From the NCBI GenBank assembly GCA_001938485.1, contig MQRK01199284.1, forward strand, positions 1 through 52,125: a stretch of DNA of 52,125 nucleotides, in the 5' to 3' direction. Positions 13,001 through 27,100 of the stretch are shown in pieces. Each line of letters opens with the position of its first letter. The first letter of the stretch is position 1. The DNA comes from Girardia tigrina (taxonomy: Eukaryota). Made by a program: the position numbers and the translations under genes. Under the pieces are notes generated by a model, which was not told the DNA's origin, searched no databases, and saw only the letters and a list, made by a program, of their open reading frames with translations.

Positions 13001-16000
13001 AGCCCAAATATTAAATAAATCAGAAAAATGAAAGACAAATTAGCGTGAAAATTAAATTATTTAATGTTAAACAATTTTTTACACTTCACTATTAATCTGA
13101 TTTTGAGAAAATAATATAATAAAGTTATTAAAACCAATATTCATTTTAATTTGAGATTATCAACACGAAATAACAGTTTCTTTTATAGTGGTTTTTGAAT
13201 AGAAGTTTATTAGAGATATATTTTCTTTTTGCAAAAAAACTTATTTGTCACGCGATTGCAAAAGATATTTTTATATTCGAGTCACAATGTTTTAAAGAAA
13301 TAATTTATTTTGTTAATTTCATAAGTGTTCCATCAATTCAAAACTTGGTGTAAATGAGTTATTCGATCATTTTGTTATTTTACAATTTTGTTTGCATAAT
13401 AAACAATTATCACTGACTGCCATCAGCATCAAAGCTAGCAGATGCTCTTCAAGCTGGCTCACACAGCCTCACGATACACCGGTGAGTCACGACCACCCTC
13501 TGTCTGCAATCATCACAATGCACTTTTAATACAAATGTCCCTTTTGTCTATAAATCATCATTCATTCTATTACAGAGTTTTAGAAAATTTAATAATATTT
13601 ACAAGTAATACACTTTACTTTACAAGTAACTTTTCAATTTAAACGTTTGTGATAATAAAGACTATATTAATGAAATTTATAATTTAAAAAATCTAATTAT
13701 CTAATTTAGTATTTTGTTAAGATTATTTGTGCTATATTCAATCAAATTTCTGGAAAAATCATTTTAGAAAATTTGAAATTACTAATGTTAAAAAATAGAT
13801 AATATAAAATTCAAGATATCATTTTGTTCCCATTCCTGCATCTACCGTTTTAGCAAATTGCTTATATCTAAGTGAATGCACTATCAATAAAAAATAAGTG
13901 TTTCTTCGAATGAAACTTAAATTTTAACAAATTTGTACCTTATCACAAATGACAGTTTAATTAAATTATATATCTTTCCTTTTACCTAGAGCCTTCATTG
14001 AATTATACAATAGAATTTTACTAAAATATATAGACTGATAATACCAGTAGATTTCCATAGAAACATTGAGTTTAATAATATTTTGTCCCTGGAAAGATAT
14101 TCATTATTTTTAAATAGATTATTTATTAAATCGATTTCCATAAACAATAACACGCACTACTCGTTTGAGACTATATACACAATGTGAATGATACATATTT
14201 ACGAGGTTTCAAAAATACTTTACAAAAAAGGAACAGATTCCTAGAAGGATTCAAGCCACTCTTCCAGTTTAACTGAAGTTCTGGCGACACATACTGAAAT
14301 ATTGATAATAAAAAAACATTAAAATCTTTATTAATGTTTCTCAAAAAAAGAAATAACATTAAACTAATTCTAAAATAATAAAAAATCATTATGGTTAATT
14401 TAGTAAAAATATGACTATAAAATTATGTTGGTTTTAATTTATAAATAGTGGAATGTAAATTTTCAGAATAAATAGAATAAAAAAATTTTCAATTTTAAAT
14501 AACTTATCAGTTTATTTATATTTATATTTTCATATTTTTATATAAAAAATCTGGTCAAACGAAAAAGTTCCTCGACAAACAATTTTTTATTAAAAAAAAT
14601 TGTTAACTAAAAATTGTTTGAATAATTGTTAATTGTGTTATTAATAAATTTTTGGTGTTAATGAATTATAATATTGATCAAGAACCTAACATGGCGACCA
14701 TCGCCAGCAGCTCCGAATAACTAATTTCGAGGCTTATACCAGACAAATTTAGGCGACAAGATAATATGGAAACTTGCATTTTGGCTTGCGCAAGATACTT
14801 CAAAGTGGCCAAAGTATCGGAAAGTATGCAAGAGATTTTGGTAATTGGTTTATTGTCACACGAACTCGTACCGATATACGAAAGTGTGGGTCCCGAAGTG
14901 AAGGGATATGAAGCCCGTCTACGACAAGATTTTCAGACGAAAAGCACGTTAATGGATGATTTGATAGAGGCGGTAAACTTCGACAGATCTGGAGAATCAG
15001 TGGAGGAATTCTTCGTTAAAGCAAAAAAGTTGAGAGGTAAGTTTGATTCAGATTGTGTGGGTCCCTACTTTTTAGGCTTATTGGAGAACTGCCAGCTGCT
15101 TATATAGATGGTTACTTCATGTGAGTTTAAGATTGAAAATACATACCAAAAGCATCACAGAGAACAACTGAAAACCTGGATACATCTGGCAACTAAAACA
15201 GAAAGAGATGATTGATCTATTTATGATTGATCAGAATAGATCAAGATTCCTATTTGACTTATAAAGTTATTCATAATTATAATGCACATCGAACCTTTTG
15301 TTGTTAACTACATGATTCTGAAAGTGAAATGGAATAATGCTAAGAAGTTACCACACAGGCTCCATAAAAATCAGTGGCTGAAGAAAGCAGAGATTAGAAT
15401 AATGCATGAAGATTGATGATGAATGGTAATTCGGCAAAACAACCACCTTCGATGATTTTATTAAACTTTTCAAACAGGATGGTTCTTAAACCTGAAATCG
15501 AAACAAGCTTGATCTAGTAATCCTTGCAAAGAGAGCTACAAAGAAAACTATAACTGACCTCCCAACACTGATCAACAAGAGAATGAACTGATGAACGAGA
15601 ACTGCTACAAAGAGTTTTCTGAACAAATAAAATTGAACCGACATGTTTGCAATGACCACCAGAACACAAAGCTAGATGAAGGTCAAAAACCTTACCGATG
15701 TCAGCTATGCTTGAAGAGTTACTCAACTGAAGGATTTCTGAAACGTACACAAAACCACGGAAGTATCAACCTCAATCCAGCAAAAGCGACAAAAATTAGA
15801 AAAAAGCACAGAAGCTACGAAGGAAGACAGATCAAAAAGCACCAGCAACATTCAGGTACTCACCGTACATGCGAATTACTCAACAAATTCTTCTGGGACT
15901 ATATAGAAGTTGCAAATTTTCGATTGACTGACTGTTTGGAAAAAGAAAACTTTAAATGTCCATTAGCTGGCTGCCCTACATCTACTAGATCAACTAGAGG

Positions 16001-19000
16001 AATGCAAAGCTATGGAACATTCAAACATGGTTGGTCGTTTTTCATAGGAGGACCGAAGAAAATTAGAAAGAGGAAGGTTGATAAACCCATCGGAGACCTA
16101 TCGGAAGGCTAGCTCAATTCCATTGAAATATATTGGAGGCTTTCATTGGAGAGACAAATCGTCATCTCAAAATCAGGATTAGTGAGCATTCGCAATCGAG
16201 TCGATTGAATAAGGTTATTGATCATTATTTGTAAAATAGAATATCATTTGTTTTATAGAATGAGCTTTCAGTTTAAGAGAAGGACTTCGATTAAGATTAC
16301 GAGTAACAGTTCTGTGAATCATTATTGATAAAACACTTTAATTTGAAAAATATTGATTTAATAAGAAAATAATGTATTTAATACGAAAAAAATATCAATT
16401 TAATATGATAAATATCATTTTAATATGAAGTAAAACTTTTACAATACGTTTGTAAAACTTTTGCAATTTATATTAAATTGATGTTTTTTTCATATTAAAT
16501 ACACAATCTTTCATTCTAAATTGAGAAATTTTCATTTTTAAATGAAATTTTTTCATATAGTTAGTGAATTCGGCAAAAATAGACTAGTTCATAAATTCGG
16601 CAATTACACTAATTAGCAAACTGTTGCCGATTTCACGAATTCGGCATAACATATACATGGATTATTTCAACTGTAAATGAAAATAATATTATCTTATAAC
16701 GGAATAATTATATTACAGCATTACCTCAGTAAACCGCGGGTGCTGGGAACCATCATTTTAACCCGCGGTTTAGATAACTTCGGTTAACTGAAAGTTAATA
16801 TTTGTAGCAATATAAAATTGGGTATTTGTAAGATATGACGCTTATTAAAAGAAAATTAGCTATTTTACTAACTTAATTTTTTTTCCAAATACCACAAATA
16901 CCAGTTTCGGTAATACCGGTATTGAAATCCCTAATCATAATGGTATTAATGTATGTCTGTGGATATTATGTATTATTGCCATGTTTGAATAATAATATCA
17001 GGTTTAAGAAACGACAACAATTAAAATATTTTTGGGATCTATACAAGCATCCACGGTGTACTGAAGGGTTACTGTATTTGTTTTCTAAACAATGAAAAAA
17101 GTGATTTCTAGCAATACAATTAAGTCAGTTTTATAATTAACAGCAGTCATATAATTAACAGCACGTAAAATTATGTCAGAGTCTGATAATGTTGTTAAAT
17201 TGGTAGTTCGCCTAAGTGTAAATCCATTTCTCTTCATAAACCCTGTTATCCAATTTCCAGTAGCCTTTAATTTAATATTAAACTCTTTACTCAAGGCTAC
17301 TGCCCTATCAGAAATATATGGAAGATTCAAATTAATGAATCAATTAATTATTAACATTTGTGTATACAGGCAAACTCGGTTATCTCGAATATACGGCTAT
17401 CTCGAATTTTTTTTCCGTCCCGCACGATTCGAGATAAGCGAGTTTGACTCTATATTGATTTCTTAAGATGATTTAAAAATCAATTATTGGATATTAACTT
17501 GTTCTAAAACATTTTGTTAGATTTTATTCTTAAAATTTTCATATTAGTCTTTAATATTTGTATATTAAATGAAATTCTTTTACTTAAAAAATTTAAAAAA
17601 ATTAATCAAATTGCAGTTTGTTTAACTGCATCAATTGTAATAACGAAAATTGAAAAATAAATAATTTTTTTGAGTTTTGGGTATTTTGATGGATAATTAT
17701 AAATTTCAACGACAACGATCACCTATTCCAATGAATGTCTTTTCGGATCAACGAGAATTAAATGAACCATTTGAATTAAATACGATTAAAAATAATTTTG
17801 AAAATTATTTATGATTTAAAACCAGCTCAAATTAAACTAAAAGAAAATATAATTCCTAATAATGAAATACGAATTGTTTTGAATAAAAATTTGAAAGTAA
17901 AACTGTTTACTGTGAGATCGAGCAATAAAAATTTAAAAATGGCTAACTAATATACTTCCGACTAACTTTCATTTTTCGTATTCTAAGATCCATTATCTCA
18001 TCGCAAATAATTTGTTCTATAGTTCCCAAACTGGTTTTCCTTCCTGCTCCCAACGCTCTTTAAATTGTTGGTTTTTTGATTAGCAAGTTTTTCTTTGTTT
18101 CTAAACCACTGTTGAAACATAGAATGATCATACATTTTCCCGTTTTTAACTTCGAAATGCTGTTTAACAATACGTTTTTTCCTTGCAACATAAACTCGAT
18201 TACTTCTTTTTCAAAGCGATTGTGAACGACCGTTTGGCCATAATAATTTTTTAAATGGAATATTTATTAATATTAAAACAATTTAATTAAATGATTTTAA
18301 AAATTAATTATTTGTTTTCAAGTGATTTTTAAAAAAAAATTAGGTAGTAATACTAATAGGGTCGTGATACTATTTAAATAATATCACTAAAAAAATTTTT
18401 ATTATTTGGGTCGTGATACTATATGGGTTGGTGATACTAATTGGTGATATCCTTTAATAATCAGTTAAGAAATTAAATGATTTGTGAATTTTTTTATAAT
18501 TATTGGATGCGAATTCAGAATTCAAGTTCATAACACCTATTAAGAACATTTAGATAAGTCGCGTTTGAACTTTTATTACAATCACATTTAGAGTCATTAT
18601 GACTCTCAGAAAGTCTTTCATCGTTTGTCATCATTCTAATTGATTTTCTTATTTTTTTTAATCATGATTATTCGAAAAATTTTTCTAAGTCATTCTTTTT
18701 AGATACATTTTTATTGTATATTAATTAAAAATAATAAATTTTACCATTTCTCAATAAATCCCAAAATAATAAAAATTTCATCAAATTATTAAAAATACAT
18801 TTAATTTAAATTTTACCAAAAAATATTAAACTTAATTTTAATTGTGAAATTAAAAATATGAACTCATAAAATGATTATTTTAATTATGTTTGAATAGTCA
18901 ATCACTTTAAAAATAAACAAAAAAATACTAATTTCCATCTGGGTAGGAGAATCACCATTCTAAATTCAACATACTTAAATCAACATACAGCATCACTACA

Positions 19001-22000
19001 TTTACATATTCAAACAATTTAAAATATTCCTCACATCCCTCTCGGTTTAAATGTCTTTAGCCATTCTACATTTCTGATCAAGATCGTGCCGTCATCTAGT
19101 TGTATCTCATAACTTCTTTCGTGTCTTTGCTTTATAATTTTAGCTGGTTCCATATAGCGGTCATCATCTTTTGATGGGTTAACTTTCTTTATCAATACTT
19201 TATCTACGACCTGAAATATTCACTTTGTTTCAATTGTATTTTTATTTTCTTTTTCTTCAATTTTTCATTCTGCTGTGTTCTTCCACCAATTTCAGAGTTT
19301 TCTTCCGAAGATTATCTCGGCTGGAGATATTCCAGTTGTTGCTTCAGTTGTACCGTTTAACATTTCTGTCAACATTTCTACCCAATCTCTATGCATTTCA
19401 TCCTTTAATCTTATATTGATGGCGTCTCTTATTGTTCTGAATTGTCTTTCTATGATCCCGTTAGTGTTGTGGTGATAAGGGCTTGAGTAGACTATCTCCG
19501 TCTTAAATTTCTTCGTCGTTTCTTTAAAGAGTGCTGATTCGAATGCTCTATCAACGTGTATCTCTGTTGGTGGTCCGAATTTCCAAATCCATTTCTCTAA
19601 TAGTACCTGTCGTGTAGTCTTCTCGTCTTGGTGTGGCACTGCGGTCAAGCTGATGTACCTACTAAATTGATCTATTATTGCTAAAATGTATTGATATCCA
19701 TTCATAGTCCTTCTGAATGGTCTGCAAAGTCCATGTAAATATTTTGAAATGGTTCGTCGGCAGATTGTTTAATGTGTTTCTCTTTCGTTTTTGCTGTCAG
19801 TGTCTTCCTTTTCTGGCAGTTTTCGCAACTTTGTACGATTTTCTTTATCTGTTGTCTTATTCCATACATATCGAAATCATATTTTATGTAATTGTATACT
19901 TTTTTACTTCCTGCATGGCATAAAATTTTATGTATATCTTCTATAAAGTCTGTTCTCTTCTTCATAGGGATCCAATATTTGTTATCTCTTGTCGTCACGA
20001 TATTGTTTTTCAGTAGCCATTCTTTTGTCTTTCCCCTTTTAATATTTTCTTTAATCTGTTCTATTTCTTCATTATTCGTCTGCAAAATGAAGTCTTCTGA
20101 ATCTTCTGTTAATGCTAGGAGTTTAGTTTAACTTTTCCTTTTTAGCGTCATCGTGCATTGCCTGACATTGTACACATAATTCACATGTATTTCTCGACAT
20201 TGCGTCTGCATTGGTGTGTTTTTCGTCCTTGCGGTATTCTATCCTCATGTCTAGTCCACTAAGGAAGTTTATCCAAGTTTGGAATTGTGGAGTTATTGGG
20301 TTCTTCGTTGTCATCATGAATGTGATGGCCTTATGGTCCGTTCTAAGTAGAAACTTCTTTCCGTATAAGAAATGTTTGAAGTGTTGGGTAAAGTAATAGA
20401 TTGCCAATAATTATTTTCTTGTAATACAGTATCCCAGTTCGTCTTTGTTCATCTTGTGGGATTCATATGCAATTACTCTTTCCCTTCCATATGCATCCTT
20501 CTGTACAAGTACTGCCCCGATTGTATCAAAACTGGCGTCTGTATCCAGTATAAACTCCTTTTCAAAATCTGGATATGCTAGGATCGGTGTTTTTGTTATT
20601 TTATCTTTTAAATTTTGAAATGATTCGTCACATTCCTTTGTCCATGTCAATTTTTTATCTTTATTTTTTTAACATAGGCCTTCCAGTATTTTTGAATATT
20701 TTGCATAATCCTTCAAAAATTTTCTATAATACTTCGTGAGCCCCAAGAAACTTCTTAAATATTTAATGCATGAAGGATTTTGAAATTTGTCAATTGCTTA
20801 AATTTTCGTTTTTTTCCGTCTCTAAACCATCTTCGATCACGACATCCTAAAAATTTTGTCTTTTCTACCATGAATTGACACTTTTTATGGTTTATCCAAA
20901 GACCCGATTCTTTAATCTTTTGAAATATGTGTTCGACTCGTCTGAAATGTTCTTCTTTGTCTTTTGCGAAGATCAGAATATCGTCCAGGTATACAACTGC
21001 TTCATTCTAATTTAATTCTCCTAACACTCTTGTCATTAGTTCTTGAAATGTCGCTGGAGCAGCTGCAATTCCGAATGACATTCTTTTAAAACAATATTGG
21101 CCGTTCTTTGTCGAAAATGCAGTTTTTATTTTTGAATCGTTCTCCAATTCAACTTGATGATATGTACTCCCCAAGTCGATCGTGCTGAAGTACTTCGCTC
21201 TATTTAATGTATTCAGCATTTCTTCTACATTTGGCATTGGAAGTGCTGGTCTGATTGTGACTTTATTTAACTGTCGAAAATCAACACATACTCGGATATC
21301 CTGTTTGTCTTTTTTTCATACGCATACTAGCGGAAAATTCCACGGCGAACTGCATTATTCAATGATAACATTTTCCTCGTAATTCTTGATAATATCTCAT
21401 TAATCTCATATTTACCATATTTTGAGTAACACAGACACTCTCTCACAAACAGTTTTTGTCTAAAGTAATAATGTATGTACCGTAGTTTGTACATTGTTTT
21501 TCTCTTATTCTGATTATTACGAAAATCGGATATAAGTTGAATTCATTATACAACAACTAAGAATACTATAAGATTTTTTATTTCTATAAATCTGGAAATA
21601 TTTTGAAAAACCAAGGAAATGACAAATCATACCCAATACTTTAAGTATTGGTCAAATGCTTGTGAATAAATGTTCAAATATTATTTTAAGTTTTAATATT
21701 TTTGATTAGAAATTTTCGATAGCTTTTTAATATTCTTTTCTAAGCTCAAATTTCATATGTTTTTGTGAGTTCTCAATCAATCAGGTGATTCATTCATTAA
21801 TTCCTTACATGACAAATTTTGACAGATCCCCGAAACTCGAATATATTATATTCTCTTTTCACACGAATTATTTTTAAATATTTTGAAAAAAAATAAATAA
21901 ATAGAGAATTCGTTGTAATTATAAAGTTACTATTAGTTAGGACATTTGTATGGATGATACTCATTTGTTAATAATTTATCTATAATGTTTAGCCTATGAA

Positions 22001-24064
22001 TTTCTATTTTATATTTCGATAATTATTTCTTTTTAATTAATACAACAATTTATTGAGATATTGATTTAAGAATTTTTCATAAAATATTTCTATTTATTTT
22101 TTAAATGATCGAAAAATTACTTATTCAAACAAAATGTTTTTAAACAATACAAAAATAACAGATTACTTATGACAATTCACTGAAAATATTCCAAGTAAAG
22201 AAATAGGTAAGAAAGAAAAAAAGATAATTTAGTTATTTTTGCAGTAATTCGAAACCACTTAAAATTGCAACACTTAATATTTATTCTATTTTGCTCTGTT
22301 GATAAATATTTTTTAAAAATAAATGAAATAAATTAAAACTTCAAAAGAAATTAATTTAGGACTAAAAATTCAAATTGAATATTTAAATAATTAGGCTTAT
22401 TTTTAATCTTCAAAGTTCATGTTAAGATTACAAAGAGATTTGTGATATAATTTGTGCATTTTAGAAGCTTAAAATATTTGTCACTTCATCAAAATAAAGT
22501 TGAGGTCACAATATAAACATACAAAAATATTATACATAATTATCAAATTAATTCAACTACTAAAACTATATATTTCTTTAATATCATAGTACACATTAGT
22601 CAAAGATGTACAAGAGAAGGATCTCTAGGCAAGATAATATTCATAGACTAATTGAAAGATTCTTTGTAGTCAAATAATTCAATTCCGGTTAATAATAAAC
22701 AACAAAAGAAACAAGACTAGTTAAACAGTAAAATATAGTTTTATAACTTCATTTTGAAACCTTTACGTATGAATGGACCAGTGTTTGCGTTGAGTATGTC
22801 GGAGTTAGTATCTAATTTAGACTTATACTTAATTATATTATAGTATAAATATAAATCATTTCTAACGACTGTTTTTAATTTTTATTTTTAAAATTCCAAA
22901 AATTGTGAAAACAGCTACTATAAATTTAAAACCAATTTAACACTAATAATTGAAAATTTTAATTTTATTCCAATTTCTCATTATTAATTTAATTCATTAT
23001 TAATCCTTTAATATAAAAATACAATTTTAAACCTTTGTGTTGAGGTCTTCCATGTCTGTGTTATCTGATAGGTCGTTCATGTTTTCTTCGTCATTTCCAA
23101 AATTTGAAGCGGTATTTTCTGATGCTGATGCTGAAAGGAAATCATTATTTACTGAAATATATTCTTCATAAATTTTATTTATTATTAAAGGAATCAATAT
23201 TCTTTAGAGTTATTTCATAAACTTTAAATTATCTGACTTTATAGTACGAATATTATTGTCTAAAAATATCTCGCTTGTAAACAGTTATAATTGCTGATTT
23301 GGAACTAATTCCTTACAATGAACTAAGAAAGAAAGAAGGAAATAACAGGAGGAAATAACCTTGTAATTTAAATTTGAAGGAATTGTTAAAGATTACTTTC
23401 TTTAGATTAATTTGAATCTTAATTTTCTTTTTTTAAATACTTTTAATTTGTTTATTACAATTAATTACAATGATTTTTGGAATTTCAGCAAGACTTAAAA
23501 TCTTTGAAATAATTGAAATAATTTGAAATAAAATCTTTGAAATAGTAAATTGTTGCTCTATTAATCATGTTGCTTTTTTAATTTAAATAATATTCGTATG
23601 TAATGTGGATTTTTTATTTGAATTCATAAATACATTTAATTATTACAATGATTTTTGGAATTCCAGCAAGACTGCCGGTTATATTGACTTAGGACAACTC
23701 TACCGAACAACTGATCAATGAATGGTTTTTGGGTGATGCATTGGGTATGATGGCTGGATTTGACTTAACAACAGCAAAGACACCAACAGAAACAAAAAGT
23801 AAGTACATAAATATGAATATAAATAAATATTAATACCTATAATTATTACTTTATTTTCATTAATTCTTAAGAAAAATTTGTCATACATATTTTAGCAAAA
23901 GATTTCGAGACAAATTGGTCTAAATTTCAAATTATTTATATTAAATCCATCAAAAGAATATAAAAAGAAATCGCAAGTGTTTCTATCATGTAAACCAGCA
24001 ATCCAGTCAGTTTTGCAAATGTCAATTATAGAGATTTAGATTTTCAGTTTTAAACACAACTTAT

Positions 24065-24113
<49 letters not shown>

Positions 24114-27100
24114 TATATCAAAATAATTAATGTTAAAATTCACTGCAGAGATTTATCATTGTACTTAATTGTTGATATGACTTCATAATTTATGTGCAAT
24201 AATAACTCAGGTATCATTTAATCTTTGTAAGAAGTAAATTCGATTTTCTTGATGGCGAATGTAAAAACGTGTTCCATTCATCGACAGATGGATAAAAATT
24301 TAAATTTTATAATTGAAACATTAAAGTACAATAATTTCAGATAGGAAAATGGGAAAATTATTTAAAATCTTGACCTAAAAATATTAATTCTGATTTGACA
24401 CAATAGCAAATATCAGAGAAATGGTTAAAATTCGTTCAAATATGAAAAAAATTTCATCAAAAACGCAATGATTCTGTTTCTTTATTGAATTTATTTACTG
24501 ACTAGTTTATGTTTTACATTATATATCCATTTGAATGAATTTTATATCCAAGAACTTTGTCATTATCAAGGAGAATTAGTTTTTTAATAAAAAAAATCAA
24601 AATTCTATGTAAAAATATATTGATTCAAATTACATGTCGCATTTGTGGGGACAAATTTCTGGCATCTAGATTAATATAAATTTAATTACTGTAATACAGA
24701 TAAGAAGCAAAATAAGTCTTAAAATTTGTTACATTGAATATTCAAAATTATAAAGATGTGCCGCACATTTTCAAACGTTACAGTAATAATTATAATCTTT
24801 GTCACAAGTACTTCAACATGTATTGTGAATGGTCAGACTGTATGATTTATTATTTTAGAAAAGGTCAATAAATTGGTAATGTCTACCAAATTTCTGATGA
24901 CATTTATCACTTCTTTAATATGGTTGCTTTAGATCTTCTACTGGAACACGTTTGTAAACATTATGTCGTAGATAAAAATAACCCGTAAATAAAACATAAC
25001 GAGCTTTTTCAAAAAGTACATAAATATTTTTAAATTTATCATTATGGCTTATAAAGCTTATTTTTTGTAGTACTTTCATATACCCTTCCATAATTTTATC
25101 AAGAATCAGTGAAAAACGAAGAAACATCTTTTCAGTAACCATTAATTATTTCATAATTTACGACATGTTTCGTTCTTATAAGAACATCTTCAGGTGGATC
25201 ATCATTGATAGAACAGATTTATAAATATTCAAAACTAAAACAACAGTGAGTCTGTATAAAGCATAGCGTATTTGTCAAAATTCTGATATAAATAACTTTC
25301 AACACTAAAAAGATTTATATAAAAATACTACTATTTTAATTCATTTTTAAAAATTACATTAATATATTTTTCCAAAAAGAATAACTTTTAATAAATTTAG
25401 TCTTTTAAAACATTTTTTTAAATACAAAAACATTAATTTTACTAATCCTTTAAACAATATTTTTAGTAATTTAAAAATTATTAATAATAAATAATAATAA
25501 ATAATAAAAATTAAATAAAATTTTAATACCAAAATATTATTTTATATATGTGTGTGTGTATAATAAAGAACAAACGCCATTTTAGTAGTTTTTAGCGCAA
25601 TTTCCATACTGACAATTGCGATTATTAATTGGTTATTTCTGTGTGGATGGATGGATGTGTGTCCGCAGCTTTAAGTCGTATCTCCTCCTCAACGAAGCAA
25701 TATCGAGGGCTAGTTCCAAAAGCAAATATGTTAAGCAAGTTTCGAGGATGATTGTGGGCCAAAAAAATTCCCGGAATTCCTTCATGGATTTCCCGGAAAA
25801 GCCAAAAAACCTCGAAAAATGCAGTTTTTGGCCTATATCTCGGCAACCTGACCACATAGCGACTTGAAACATTTACCAATCGATTACTACAATAATTTAG
25901 AACAATATTGCCGAAGAAAGTTTTCAAAAATATCCTTTCGTTCGGTCACAAAAAATTAATCATAGTCAAGTACTGATATAAACGTTTTAATATTTGGGCA
26001 CCGAATAACATAAGGAAATTACGCTTAAATTGTCACTAGACTTTTTATTAACTTGTTTTATTTTCCAAAGCATGTTTTGCATTACGGCATCATCAGTTGT
26101 GAAGTAAATGTCAGATTACAAGTCATTTATATGGGACAGAGACTATTATGCAACTAATCTTTTTTTAATATTAATCAAATATTTCTCCAAAATCAGGAAT
26201 TTGGCAGGCAAACTGTCTTTTTTCGAACAAGGATGTCCTGACGATGCATCTCCGAAATTTCCTTGAGAATATGATGACCAGATTCAAGCTGGCAAGGGAG
26301 CTGGATTGTCTCAAACACCATATTCAAGAGATAATTGACATTGATTGGAACTTTGTATAACTCCCTGTTCGTTTAAAATTATTGTAGTGACACAAATTTT
26401 TATCAGTATTTATAAATATTAAATATATATACATAAAATCATATATTTCTTATTTATAATTACAATTTCCTCGAAATTGAGACACTGTTAATCAAAATTG
26501 CATATTATTTTCTTCAAGTGATTATAAAGCCCATTTATAAGAAACCTTCTTGATTTAACATATCGAACTTAATAATTTTATCTTAATTAATTCGATGTTT
26601 TCTTTCAATGGATTAAATTTTTTTTGTAATTCTAGTGAACGGTCTGATTTTTTTTGAGTAAAACTTTTCATGTAAATTTGGTTTTTTTATAATTAAAAGA
26701 TTGTTTAAATATTGTACATTGTTTAAATATGGAACTTTTAGAAAATACATTTTTTTGAAAATTAATTATTCTTTTCGTCTGATAATTGAATGGTTGATAA
26801 TTTCCCATTTTGGTCGAATGAGTTTCCATTCGCTCGAACTCGTCAATAACGACAACAAAAACGATAAATAAATAATTTCCACAATCGAAATTCCGGTCTG
26901 CCTCGTCCAGCCAGTGTTCTCACCAATCGACTTCAATTCATCAAAAAGAAAATNNNNNNNNNNNNNNNNNNNNNNNNNNNNNNNNNNNNNNNNNNNNNNN
27001 NNNNNNNNNNNNNNNNNNNNNNNNNNNNNNNNNNNNNNNNNNNNNNNNNNNNNNNNNNNNNNNNNNNNNNNNNNNNNNNNNNNNNNNNNNNNNNNNNNNN

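Noticed and set aside
25616-25927. Overlapping ORFs repeated at 31207-31599
   Set aside because: Chance ORFs inside a non-coding HINE-like repeat.
26230-26270. CTGACGA...GAAA on the + strand as a hammerhead
   Set aside because: No convincing stem I, II or III.
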